A stretch of DNA of 64,000 nucleotides from the human T2T-CHM13v2.0 reference genome, Homo sapiens, in NCBI RefSeq assembly GCF_009914755.1, contig NC_060933.1. One strand, written 5' to 3'. Positions 42,786-56,500 of this stretch are shown here, piece after piece (the first letter of the stretch is position 1; each line of letters starts with the position of its first letter). Both the position numbers and the translations under genes were made by a program. Below the pieces are notes generated by a model. It searched no databases and had not been told where the DNA came from. It worked only from the letters and a program-made list of their open reading frames with translations.

Positions 42786-43649
42786 ATATGGCTTCCCATA
42801 GAGCAGCTGAGACCAAACTTACTTTTAGTGAGACCTTTCTGGGACTTTGGGGATAATGGGAGTGAGATATTAAAACTCAGAGGATCTTGACAGCTGTGGT
42901 GGGGGTCCAGGTCCATGCTCAGACCTCTTCCTAGCCAGCCCTGTGTCTTGCTGTTGGCTGCCTTCATCTTGCCTACCTCAGAAAAGCATTGAGAGCTGCC
43001 ACACCTTAGCAGCCAGGCTAAACTGCATCCTGGTCTTAGACTAGGAGATATTTTATTCTTTTTTCTCACTCCAATTTAAGACCTCCTCCATTCTCTTCTG
43101 GAGAAATCCCACCCAACACACAGGAGTCTTTCTGGCAAAGTAACCCTGAAGTGACAGATCAGCCTCAGGCTCCGTGACTCTTTCTGAAAGTCCAGGTAAG
43201 GGATTCCCAGGCGTTAGTGGGCCTCAGTCCCCTGGAGGGCCCTGCATCAGAGTTCCTGCCTGAAGGGTGCTTTGCACCTTCGGGCATATCTAGAAGAGCA
43301 AAGGCCTGATGATAATAAGCATAGGTTTCAGTGGCAGGCAAGGAGCCACTCCCCAGGAGGTCTCTCTGATAACCACCTATAGGATAAAAATCCAAATTCT
43401 TTGATTTGGCTTTCATGATTTCAGTGTATCTTACAGTCTTACTTCCTTCTGCTCATCCTTTCTCCAGAACCATTGAACGGCTCACTTTCTCACATCCAGA
43501 ATAAGCAGGAACTTTGTACCATTGTACCTTTAAACCCTCTTTCTTCATGTTTCTGAAATGCCTATACCCAGTCCCCCAACTTTTAAGTAAAACTTTTCTC
43601 ATCCTTAAAATCCAGGTTACGTAGCCCCTTAGTGAAACTTTTTCTGACC

Positions 43650-44900
43650 ATTACTCATTCATTTATTTATTTGCTCATTGGTTTCACAAATGTTTATTGG
43701 CCACTTAGCTATTGTCCAAGGCACTGGAAATCCAGTATCCTGAGAAGGCTGGGCTCCATCAGGTGAGAGGTGAGAGATGAGGATGGGCAGGTGGGTGAGA
43801 CCAGATCATAGCCACGCTAAGGAATTTGCAATTATTCTGAGGGTGGTGGGAGTCACTGGGAGATTTTAAGAAAAAAGAGGCTCTTAGACAGATGTGTGTT
43901 TTCCCAAGATCACTTGGTTGGCACGGAAAACCCTTCGGGGGAGGATAAGCAGTGAGGCAGGTGGGCGTGTGTGGAGGCTGTGAATTCGTGCAGAGTGAGA
44001 GCTAGAGCCTGCGCCAGGCTATTGACAATGGACATGTGAAGCAGTACGTGGATCCTGGGGCTGTGGGAGCGTGGGACGTGGGAACCCAAATATGTATTTT
44101 TGATGGCAAGAATGGGTTGAATGTTGGGAGGTGGGGGAGTAGGGAGGAAGGGGAAGGATGAGAGTGCCACAGGATGTCTTGCTGGCCATGGGTAGATGCT
44201 GGGCTTCTCTGCTGGGACAGGAGCAGAGACAGCCAGGTCGGGTGGAGGCGGGAGGGAGACTCTTGGGTCAGTTTTGAACACCTTGAGTTTGAGCTGCTTG
44301 TATGACATCTAGCGGAGCCCTGGGGCTGAAGGTCTGGAGAGAGGTCTGAGCACCATCCTCATATAGCAAGGACTGCGGGCATAAGTGGGCTTGTCTAGGG
44401 AGGGTTGTGGGACTAGAAGAGAGGGTGTGCCATTTCAGACTCCACTACCGTGGAGGGTCACTGGTTAAGGATGGGTAGAAGAGGAGGCACTCAAAAGGGG
44501 ACTAAGCCTGAGCATCTGGAGAGGTAGGTGGAAAATTAAAGAAAACTAAGGGGAAAAGTGTATTTCTGTAAGAAGGAGTGGTGAGTAATGTTCAAAGTTG
44601 CCGAAGTGAAAGGAGCCTGAAGGGTGTCCATTGGGTTTAATGCAAGGAGATGGTTGTGAACTTGGTGGCAAGCTCAGAAGCAAGGTTAGAGTGGACCTGC
44701 AAGGTAAGTGGGAGGTGACAACGAGAGGTTGAGAGTGCAGATGGCCTTTGAAGAGGGGAGGCCAGGGCATAGCGGGAGCTAGAGGATGCCATGACCCCAG
44801 CTAGAGGATGCCATGACTCCCTTTGTTAAAGGTAGGAAAGTGTCGAATGTGTCTAGTTACTGATGAGAAGGAACCAAAGAAAGGGAGGGGTGTAGATACA
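43650..44900 (-). mobile_element. Degraded L2
   Basis: CATTCATTT...AAATGTTTATTG end and L2 body motifs. Confidence 0.6.
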
Positions 44901-46479
44901 GGAGAGAGGGGCTGGCTGATGAGGCAGGGCCCTTGAGGGGGCAGAGGAGTTGGGACCCAGAGCCCAGTCTGAGAGGGGCACCGGGTCATGTTTCTTTAGC
45001 CCTTGCCCTGTCCTGCCCCTGCACGCTGGGAAGCCAGCCTTGGGCTCGGCCTGTGCGGGCAGCACATGGGCCAGCTGCCCTGGGAGTCTCCACTTCCCCT
45101 TTTTTGCTGCTCCCGCCTCCCCCCATGTCTCTTTCTCTCAACACTATTTATTTCTGAAACTAATTAGACAAAAGAACCTTTTTTAAAAAAACAACTGGAC
45201 CTGTATAATTTATATATGCCCAAAACGTAGTAGGAATTTCCTGAATACTTGGAGTTTCAAATGCTTGAATGCAAATATGCGGGACTATGGGGGTCCTAGG
45301 AGAGGTCTGCTTCTCTCTGGGCCAGTGGGCTGGGTATAGGGAACATAGGGAGGGATAAGTTTAAAATCCCAAACCTCCAAATGAGGTCCTATTCTTTTAC
45401 TTACTAAAGTAAGAGAAGGAAAAAGAATCTCAATGGTGATACAAGTTCAAACAAGCTTGCATTTTTATATAGTGCTCAAGGAATTTTTAAAAATCACGTT
45501 ATGAAAAACATGTGAAGATGGCAACTATATCTTGTTAAAAACATATGGCAGATATCAAGTGGAAATGTGGGACATTGGCATATCCCGTCTGAGCACAGCT
45601 GTCACATGGATTTTCAGAAAGCCGAAGCTGTGGTGGGGGGCCTTTCAGGGGGCAGGAAAATTGCCCTCGTTCTCCATGGGCTGGAGGATAGCGGCAGCCC
45701 AAAGCCTCAGGCAGTTAGTTGCCCCTCCTGGAACTCTGCCTCCATGAAGCCAATGAGGAAACAAGGGCAGCAGCTTGTTCTTGCTGTCCCAGCTTCCTGA
45801 GCACAGGGCTTTGCTATCGTGGGGCTACTAACTGCAGAAATAACCACAGACTTTGAGTCCTGCCACACAGATTGGTTTATTTTCAAAACCAGAGCTTGTT
45901 TTGATAAAAGGCACCAGGTGTTCCTCCTTTTTGTTTTGTTAGAAAATACATTAAGCTGAGATTTACTGAAATGCGGAAAGTGGTTTTTGTAACTAGCCCT
46001 GGGCCTTTGTTCCCTGTGGCCTGGATTAGCAAACCTCTTTTAAGGTCCTTCCCTCCACATTCCCCTTTGTCCTGCCGCACCCTGGCCCCAAGGGAGCAGA
46101 GCTGTGGTCTGAGAGAATGCACGTGGCACACTTAGCACAGTGCTGGCATCCACGAGGTGTGCAGGAGGCAAACATCAGCTATCGTTAGGTGATCCTCTTA
46201 GAAATAGTGGCTTAAAGCACCTGGTTGCAGAGGAGCTGGTCTTGTTTTCTTCTAGGCTTCCCTTCCCTGCTAACCATGAATTTTTCGTTTTGACCCAAAG
46301 TTCCCGCTAATGACTTGTTCCGTAGTTGATTCATTTGGAAAGTGGTAGGGAACAGGCAGTGTTCTGGTACTTCCTTCTGTTTGCTAAAACTTCCTAATTC
46401 CCTATTTAAAAAGCCTTCTAATAATGAAACGTCAATTAATTGGATGGTTGAAAAAAGACGAGGCGCTTGCTTTAATTTT

Positions 46480-49400
46480 TCTTTCTTTTTTTTCAGTTAA
46501 ACTTTTTATTTTGAGACAATGGTAGACTCACATGCAGTTGTAGGAAGTACTACAGAGAGATCCTGTTTACCCCCCACCAATGGTAAAGTCTTGCAGACTA
46601 GTACAATGTTACAACCAGGATACTGACATTAATACAGTACATTAATACAGAACATTTCTGTTTTAAAACGTGCCCAGGTTTTTGTTTTTATTCATATATG
46701 ATGTGGCCAATAAATGAGGAGAGGATTGCCACTGGAAAGATTATTACTCGCAGTTCCCAAGAGGAGCAGACAGGCCACACCCTGTAGGGCCACCTGGGGA
46801 AGCACAGGTGGGGAAACATAGGTGGGGAAGCGTGGGGTGTGTCAGGAAGCACAGAGAGCCAGGGAGAAACGAGCCAGGAAGGGCAGTGTCAAGCAGGGTG
46901 AGCACAGTTAGGATTGATTAAGTTTGAATAATTTTGGCAGGTCCTGGGGTACATGGGTGAGTCCCTCATTGTCAGGTACCTGGCCCTGGGGTGATTTAGG
47001 GCAGGGGAATCGTGTCCTGGACTGCAAGAGCCCGTGAAAGCAGGCAGATGGAGATAAGAACTCAGTATTGGTTGGTTTGCATATCCAAGGCATGCACACA
47101 AGCAAGTCATTCACCTAGGAGGGGCAGTCCCTCCCTGCTTCTGCAAGACCTCAGGATATCAAAGCCTCATAAAATATAGAAAAAACCTGCCAAAATACAA
47201 TTTCTATCACCATAAGGATCTTTCATGTTGTCGTTTTATAGCTACACTCACTTCCCTTATACTACCACCTTCTCCTTAACCCTTGATAGCCACTAATCTG
47301 TTCTCCATTTCTATAATTCTGGCATTTGAAGAATCTTATATAAACGGAATTATAGTATGTCACCTTTTGGAATTGGCTTTTAAAAAAAACTCAGCATAAT
47401 TCTCCTGAGATTCATGCAGAGAGTCTATTGTGTGGGTTAATAGTTTATTTCTTTTTACTGATAAATAGTATTCCATGGTTTGGATATCCCACAATTTGTT
47501 TAACCATTTACCCATTGAAGGACATCTTGGTTGTTTTCATTCTGGAGCCATTATGAATAAAGTTGCTATAAATACTCAGGTGAAGGCTTTCATGTGGCTG
47601 TGTTTTTATTCCTCTGGGATAAATATCCAGGAATGCATTTGCTGGGTCACATGGTAGTTGCATGTTTAGTTTTTAAATAAAATGTTAAACTACTTTTTGG
47701 TGTAGCTGTAATGAATATATGAGGATCCAGTTTCTCGACATCTTTTCCAGCATTTGTTATCGTCAGTATTTTTTTGTTTTAGCCATTCTGACACGTGCAT
47801 AGTGATAATTCATTTGGTTTCACACTGTATTTCCCTAGTGGTTAATGAATGATGTTGAACATCTTTTCATGTGCTTATTTGCCATCTGTATGTCTTCCAT
47901 GAAAATTTCTTCATGCCCTTTACTCATTTTCTCATTGGATTGTTTGTTTTTTTTACTGTTGAGTTTTAAGAGCTCTTTGTGTATTCTAGCTATGAGTCCT
48001 TTGTTGGATATGTGGTTTCCAAATATTTCTCCTAGTCTTTACCTGCCTTTTCATCTTAACAGGGCCTTTCACAGAGCAAATGTTTTTAATTTTGATGAAG
48101 TCCAATTTATTACTTTTTCTATCTGTGAATCATGTTTTGGTGTCAAGTCTGAGAACTCTCTGCCTAGCTCTAGATCCTGAAGATTATCTCCTGTTTTCTC
48201 CTACAACTTTTATAGTTTTACATTAACACTTACGTCTGTGATCCATTTTTTCCTTAATTTCTGGAGGCTGGGAAGTCCAAGTTCAAGAGGCACATCTGGT
48301 GAGGGCCTTCTTGCTTGGTGAAGATTCAGCAGAGTCCCAAAACAGTGCAGGTCATCTCATGGCGAGGAGACTCAGAGTGCTAACATGCTAGCTCAGATCT
48401 CTTCCTCTTTTTATAAAGCCACCAGTTCTGCTCCCATGATAACCAATCAATCCATTAATCCAATGAATGAGCCCTCATGATCCAATCACCTCTTAAAGGC
48501 CCCACCTCTCAATACTGCTACAATGGGGATTAAGTATCCACAGGATTTTTTGAGGGGACGTTCAAACTATAGCAGGTAGAATGATTCCTTCTACTTTATT
48601 CTCCTTTCCAAAATGATTTTAGCTATTCCAGTTATTTGTCCATATAATCTTAAAATAATCTTGCCTATATCTACAAAAAACTTGTTGGGGTTTTAATGGC
48701 AATTGATGTTAAATCTGCATATCAATTTGAGGAGGATTCACATCCCCACTATGTTGAGTATTCCAATTCATGAACATAGTATGGATAGTATGTCTCTTCA
48801 TTTATTAGTTCTTCTTTCATTTCTTTCGCCAGCGTTTTGTAGTTTTCAGCAAACAAGCTCTATAATGTTTTGGTAGATTTGAGCCTAAATATTTATTTTT
48901 AGATTTTGAGCAATTATAAATGGAATTGTACTTTTAATTTTGATGTTCACATGTTCATTGCTGTTATATAGAAATTCAGTTAATTTTTATAGGTTTATCT
49001 TACATCCTGTGACCTTGCTGCACTCACTATTAGTTCTAGGTTTTTGGTTTTGTTTTTTTCTTATGATTCCTTGTGATTTTCCACCTGGACAACAATCTCA
49101 TCCTTTTTTCTTTCCCATCTGTATGCCTTTTATTTCTTTTTCTTGCCTTATTGCAAAGGATAGAACATCTAGCACTATGTTACCTGTGAGAGAGTAGACC
49201 TTCTTGCCTTATTGCTGATCATAGGTGGAAAACATTCAGTCTTTCACTCTTTTTTTTTTTTTTTTTTTTTTTTTGAGACTGAGTCTTGCTTTGCTGCCTA
49301 AACTGGAGTGCAGTGGTGCGATCTCAGCTCACTGCAACCTGCACTTTCTGGGTTCAAGCAGTTCTCCTGCCTCAGCCCCCAAAGTAGCTGCGATTAACAG

Positions 49401-50530
49401 GCATGTGCCACCATGCCCAGCTAATTTTTGTACTTTTAGTAGAGATGGGGTTTCACCATGTTGGCCAGGCTGTTCTCAAAGTCCTGACCTTGTGATCCAC
49501 CTGCCTTGGCCTCCCAAAGTGCTGGGATTACAGGCTTGAGCCACCGTGCCTGGCCCCAGTCTTTCACTCTTAAGTATAATATTAGCTGAAGGTGTTTTGG
49601 TAGGTACTGTTTATCAAGTTGAGGGAGTTCCTTTCCATTCCTGTTTTTCTGAGAGTTTTTATCATGAATAGGTATGGAATTTTGTCAGATGCCTTTCCTG
49701 TATCAATTAATATGATCATGTGATTTTTTTTTTCCTTTAAAGCTTGTTAACATGGTGGATTAAATAGATTGGTTTTTGAATATTAAACCAGCCTTGCATC
49801 CCTGGAATAAATTTCACTTGGTCATGGTATATAATTCTTTTTATTTATTGCTGAATTCTCTTTGATAACAGATTGTTAAGAATTTTTTTTGGCTGTTACA
49901 GATGTCTGAAAAAGAAAGAAAAAAATGTTGTGTTTGTATTTATGAGGGATATTGATCTGTAGTTTTCTTTTTGTATACTGTCTGTCTGGCTTGGTAATAC
50001 TAGATTCATAAAATGAATTGGAAAGTGTTCCATCCTCTTCTGTTTTCTGGAAGAGACAGTGTAGAATTAGTATTAATTATTTTTTAGATGTTTAGATGTG
50101 GAAGTCTGGGATCCTTACTCTGGCTTTGTTGGCATGGGTGGGTGTGGGGCCACAGTATTTTATGTGGCATTTGGCTGGGGTAGAGCAATTATTGTCTAAA
50201 CATCTTCCCTCTTGCTAGGCTGCCCCCTGACTAGAGAAAGCAGGCTTCTGTTGTTTTTGTTTGTTTGTTTCTTTGGTTTTTGGTTTGTGTTTACTGCTGT
50301 TTCTGGGTTGCTGATTTCTTTAGCTTCAAGTCTGGGATATATGAGGCAGAAAGAAAACCACAGAACTCACCACCATGTTGTTCCCTGGGTCATGAGATCC
50401 CTAGCTGGTCAGACGGATTATTTCACCTTTCAGAGTCTTCTGGTGTTTGTTTGGTATAATTTCCAGTTTTTTTAGTTGTACTTACTGGGAAGATTAGGGA
50501 AAAGTATATTTACTCCATATTCCTGGAAGT
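46480..50530 (-). mobile_element. L1MC-like element, antisense, with nested LTR (46659-47199), MaLR fragment (about 48260-48573) and AluS (49250-49555)
   Basis: Continuous antisense L1 motifs; Alu TSD CAGTCTTTCACTCTT. Confidence 0.8.
46659..47199. mobile_element. ERVL-class solo LTR (541 bp)
   Basis: TG...CA termini and 5-bp TSD ATTTC (46654-46658 / 47200-47204); the L1 is contiguous once it is removed. Confidence 0.75.
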
Positions 50531-53500
50531 GGAAGTACTGGCTTGCTTTAATTTTATGTTAATTCAGAGTTAGCCAGAGAATCTGTTTATTTCTAAGCCT
50601 GTCATAAATCTTTCCAAAACATTTATGTTTCAGCCTTAATATTATATATATAGGCAGGAAGTATGCTATTGTGTGCTTGTAAAATACTTGCTAGTTACTC
50701 CTTAAAGTATGGAAGACTCAAAATGCTGCGGAGCCATCTTTCTCAATTTTCGTAGTCCAGATTTATAGTATTAAAAGGCTGTTTGCAGGAGGGATTATGC
50801 AAATCAGGAAGAGGAGATGTGGCTGGAGATGAGGATTGTGGCTGGTGAGCAGTATTGAAAGGTGGAGACCACTGAAGAAGAGAAGAGTCCATGAGATGTC
50901 TCCAGGAAGGGGAGATGAGACTGGAAGGAAGGATCTGTTCTGGTTCTTGAAGTAGGCAGACATCCAGGGAATCTGTCAGCTCACTTCTGTCATTCATTCA
51001 TTCATGTCTTTGTAAAGTATTGTTTTGTTTTAATAGTGCAAGTATTATACTGTATAAATACACTCTCACTGTAAAAGATTCAAGCAATAAAGCACTGTCA
51101 CCTTCCCTTTCCCAGAGGTAATTATCGTTAACAGTTTGGTCTGTATCCCTCCAATCCTTTTCCCACAAATCTGCAAATACCTATTTATAGAGAGAGGCCC
51201 TATAGTTTGATGGTGACCTTGGTTAAGTTACTTTACCTCTTAGTGCCTCAGTTGTCTTGTCTCAAAAGTGAGGATTAATAGCAGGACTTTCCTCATAGAA
51301 TTGTGTTGAGGATTAAATTAGCTAATGTTTGTAATGTATTTAACAGTGACTGGCAGTAGCGTGAGTGTTGTGGCTGTTACCTTAGTGTTATTATTATGTA
51401 TTCTTATGCAGTACATAGTGTGCCTTGACTTTTCTTTTTCCCTTAACATTATATGTAAGAAGTCTCTCCATGTCATGACATGTCACTCAGCCTCTATTCT
51501 TCTACTGGTATGTTTCCCTACTGTAGAATAACTTAGTAACCACTGTGCTGCTGATAAAAATTTAGATTTTTCTTTTTGGTCTGTGAAAAGCAATGCTGAT
51601 GATGAGTATTCCCATTCATACATCTCTGGGTGTGTGCTGGTGGATCAAAGGATGTGTACATTTTAAATTTCAGTAATTACTATACCAGGTAGCTTTTCAA
51701 AAATACTTCACCAATTTATATATACTCCTAGTAAACAGTATATCCAAATAGCTATTTACCCTTGTCCATACCATTACCCTTTATTGTCAGTCTTTTTATT
51801 ACTTTTCAAAACTAGGAGCTCATTTTGCGAATGTGCAGTTCTGTGATTAGCAATAAGGCTGAGCATCTTTTCATGTTTCTTGGCCTTTTGCATTTGACTG
51901 TCAGTTTCCAGTTTTTGTAGCTGGCTCATATGGCTGGCTTTCTCTTCCTGGTTTCTAGGCTTCCCTTATATATTCTGTGTATTGGTTCTTTGCCTGTTAT
52001 ATATGTTACAGATATTTTTCTCTCGGACTGTCAATCTTTCAGTCTTGTTCATAGTATCACATTTTGTTGATATGTTTGTTCCTCTTATCAAAGTTTTGTT
52101 TCGTTTTTATGTAATCATATCTGTCAATCTTTTTCTTTCTTTCTTTATGATTGTTATGATTTGTTTGGTCTTAATTCTTTAAAAGACCTGTCTAGATGCT
52201 AAAACTAGGAGGTGATATTTTTATGAGAAACAGTGTATTTACAGAGTCTCAGAGTATCTTCCACAAAATAGTTGTTAATTACAAAGGAATAAAAGTGGGG
52301 AAACCCAGCAGATACCACTGTAAGCGAGTGATCCAAGTTAACATTACCAGTAATGAGACAATTAGATGTCATGTGCCTGCTGATATGCTACACTGAGAAG
52401 GACACAGCATGTAAATGACCACATGGATATGAAAACACATATATACACACATGCGTGGGAATGCAATGTATACATATATAAATACAGAGAAAGAAGGGGA
52501 AGCAAACATAGTAATGTTAACATTTTAGGGAATCTGGGGACAGGGTATATAGGAATTATTTGCATTATTTTTGTAGCCGATCTTGAAATATGAAATTATT
52601 TTTACATAAAAACTTAAAAAAATTAGAAACAAAAAAGCCTGACTACCTCAGGATAATAGAAATATCATCGATTTTCAGCTAATATACCGTCTATTTTATT
52701 GATTTGGCTTTTTAAACATCAGATTTTTATTTTGGAGTGGAGTATAAAGTGGAGTCTAACTTATTTTTTTCCAATTGTGTAGCTATTTTCTGAACACTGT
52801 CTTCTCCCTGTGGTTTTGATGAGCTGCATTTGTCATATGCTAGAGGTCTTTGCATATGCACAGATTTATGCTGATTAGAACGCTCGTTTCCTATCCCACA
52901 GATGAAACCCACGGCAGCTTCTTTTTCCTTAATATAGGGCCCTTATGCAGGGAATACAGGACATAGGGGAAAAAGAAATAAACTTTATTACCACCTCCTT
53001 CTGACCCCTGATGACCCCAAGCCAGACTCCAGCTAGCAGGTGAGGGGCTGATCCTGGAAGCCCCATCCTAGGGGTCTGCGGAAATGCTGGGTGGGCTTTG
53101 CCCTTCAGGCTGGGATGTGAGGCCCACGTGCATAGAGGTTGTAGTAGATACAACAGCAGCTACACTGCAGCAGGCCCAGGGCCAGGGGCATAAACAATAC
53201 TCAGGTTAGGTCAAGTCATACCACTAACAGCAAATCATGCCCTTAACATTCAACGCTACTTTTCTGCTTAAATTTAAAGTACTGCATTATGAGGGCGTTG
53301 CAACATCTTGCTTATAACTTAAGGCCTGCTGGCTTCAAATGATTTAGGAAGCAGCCTGCTGACCACAGGAAGAAATCTTGTTGTCGGGTGGCATTTGCTT
53401 GGGCCCCAAAGAGAGGGATTTTCCAGAATGTTTTTAGGCCGCATTCTCTTTAATTAATCAATTTAACCTATTCTTCTACAATAGCCCACTGTTTCAGTGA

Positions 53501-53539
53501 TTGCAGGTTTATAGCATCGTTTTTGAAGTTAGCAAATTG

Positions 53540-56500
53540 TTGATTTTCTAAAAACTGAGGTAAAGTAACATAAAATTAACCATTTTAAAGTGAACAATTT
53601 AGTGGCATTTAGTACATTTATAATGTTGAACAACCACCACCTCTATCTAGTTCCAAAACATTTTTATCACCCCAAAAGGAAATCCTGTACCCATTAAAAG
53701 TTGCTCCTCATTCTCCCTTCGCTGCCTTCCTCTGGCAACCACCAATCTGTGTTCTGTTGCTATGGGTTTGCCTATTCTGGATATTCCATATAAATGGAAT
53801 CATATAAGATGTGACCTTTTTTGTTTGGCTTCTTTCACTTAGAGTCATGTTTTCAAGGTTTTTAGAATATGTTTTAATGTCTGCTAGAACTATTTCCTTC
53901 CTTCTCCTCTTTTTCAAAATTGTTTTGGTTACTACCACATGTTATTTTTTCTAAAAGAACTTTAGATTCAACTCGTCAAATTGCACAAAATACTATGTTT
54001 TGATCCTCAGTGCAATTGCAGTGGGTAATAAGTTGATTTGAAGGGATTCGACATATTTGCAATACTGAGTTTTCCTATCTGGGAGCATGATTTGGGTACT
54101 TAGGTCTTGTTTTGGTACTTCTTAGTTAAGTTTTAAAGTATCCCACAGATGTTTTGTCATTTCTGTTATTGTACGTACGTGTTTGGTTTCTGTTGCGCAT
54201 GGATTTTTTTGATAGCTTTATAATTGACATACAATAGACTGCATATATTTAGAGTGTATGATTTGATGAGTTTTGGAGTATGTATGTAAATGTCTGGGAC
54301 ACCATCATCACAGTTAAGATAATGAACATGTTCATCACCCCTAAAAGGTTCCTCCTACCCTTTTACAATGCATCCCTGATTTAGTTTGGGTATTTTGTCA
54401 CCCTGTATCTCATGTTGAAATGTAATCCCCCGTGGTAGAAGTAGGGCCTGGTGGGAGGTGATTGGATCACGAGGGCGGATTTCTCATGGTTTAGCATTCC
54501 CTTTGGGTGCTGTCCTTGAGAGAGAGAGTTCTCGAGAGACCTGATCATTTAAAACTGTGTGGCACCTGCCTTCATTCTCTCACTGCTGCTCCTGCTCTGG
54601 CCATGTCACATGCCTGCTCCCACTTCACCTTCCTCCATGAGTAAAAGCTCCCTAAGGCCCCCCAGAAGCCAAGCAGATGCCGGTGCCATGCTTGTATAGG
54701 CTGTAGAACCATGAGCCAATTAAACCTCTTGTCTTTATAAATTACCTAGTTTCAGGTATTCCCTGAGACTAGCAATGCAAGAATGGCCTAATACAAGCCA
54801 TCACTCCCCCAACCCCACTTCTAGGAAACCGTTGGTCTACTTACTTTCTGTCACTGTAGTCTAGGTTGCATTTTCTAGAACTTTATGTAAATTCTTTATT
54901 TTGTCTGGCTTTTTTCCTCTCAGAATAATGATCTTGAGATTCATTCATATTGTTGAGTGTGTCCTTGTTTGTTTGTTTAATGAGTAGTGCTCTGTTGTAC
55001 ACCTGTATGACAGTTTACCTGTTGAGGGTTATTTGGCTTGTTTCCAGTTTGGGCTATTAAAGTAAAGCTGCTGTGAACATGCATATGCAAGTCTGTGTGT
55101 GGACATACACATTCATTTCCTATGGATAAATACCTAGGAGTGGAAGGGTTGGATTGCACAGTAGATGCATGTTTAACTTTAAAAGAAACTGCCAAATTAT
55201 TTTCCAAGTGGTTGTATCATTTTATATCCCAGCAGCCGAGCATCTGAGTCTCAGTTCTTCCACATCCTTGCCAACACTTGAGATAGTCATTCTTTTAATC
55301 TTAACCATTCTAGTGGATGTGTATTTGTTTATGATTTTAGTTTGCATTTCTCTAACAAGTAATGATTTTGAGCTTTTTTTTTTTTGCCATTAGTATAACT
55401 TCTTTGGTGAAGCATCTGTTCAAATTTTTTACCTGCTTTTCACTGGGTTATTTGTCTTATTCAGTTGAAAGGGTTCTTTGTATATTTTAAGTACAATTCC
55501 TTTGTTGGATATGTATGAACTATTTTCTCCCAGTCTGTAGCTTGCCTTTTCATTTTCTTAACAGTATTTTTGAAAAGCAAAAGTTTTAAAATTTGATGAA
55601 GTCTAGTTTATTTTTTTTCTTTTATAGTTAGTGCTTTTTGTGTTACATTTACTAAATCTTTGCTAGCCCTAAGGTCAAGATTTTTCCTTCTAATCCCTTC
55701 TGGAAGTTTTATGGTTTTAGTTGTTATATTTAGATCAATGATGTATTTCAAGTTAATGGTTATATGTGATATGATATATGGATCAAATATCATTTTTTAT
55801 ATATAGCTGTCCAATTGTTCTAGTACCCTTTCTTTAAAAATCATCTGTTCTTCATTGAATTACTTTGGCACTTATGTCAAAAATCAACTGATCGTAGATG
55901 TATAGGCACATTGCTAGACTCTGTTTTATTCCATTGATCTATAAGTCTGCCTGTATGCCAAACCCATACTCTTTGATTACTGTAGCTTTGTAATAATTCT
56001 TAACACCAGGTAGTCTTTTAACTTTATTCTTTTTCAAAGTTATTTTGGTCGTTCTAGGTCCTTCAAATTTTAATACAAATTTAAGAATAAGCATGTCAAT
56101 TTTTACAAAAAAAAAAAGCCTTCTGGGATTTTGATTGGAGTTGTATTAAATGTGTGGGTCAATTCGCAGGTAGTTGACATCTTAACAATATTAAGTCTTC
56201 AGATCCATGGATGTGGTACATCTCTTCATTTATGTAAGTCCTCTTTAATTTCTCTCAGCAGTCTTTTAGTTTTAGTGTAAAGTCTGCAGATCTTTTGTCT
56301 AATCTTTCAGGCATTTCATATTGTTGATGCTATTGTAAATGGTATTTATTTTTACTTTAACTCCATTCTTGTTGATAGAAATACAATTGATTTTTGTAGA
56401 TTGACTTGGTATTCTGCAATCTTGTTAAACTCACTTATTAGTTCTTATAACGTTTTTGAATATTTCTTACAACTTCCTATGTAGATAATTATGTTGTGTG

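Noticed and set aside
44777-44820. 22-bp tandem duplication (also 16-bp at 59295-59326 and 13-bp near 46626)
   Set aside because: Two-copy slippage events inside old repeats; no spacers, not CRISPR-like, no sign of function.
50797-50804. Perfect octamer ATGCAAAT
   Set aside because: An isolated 8-mer is expected by chance in 64 kb, and there is no snRNA-type PSE or gene nearby.
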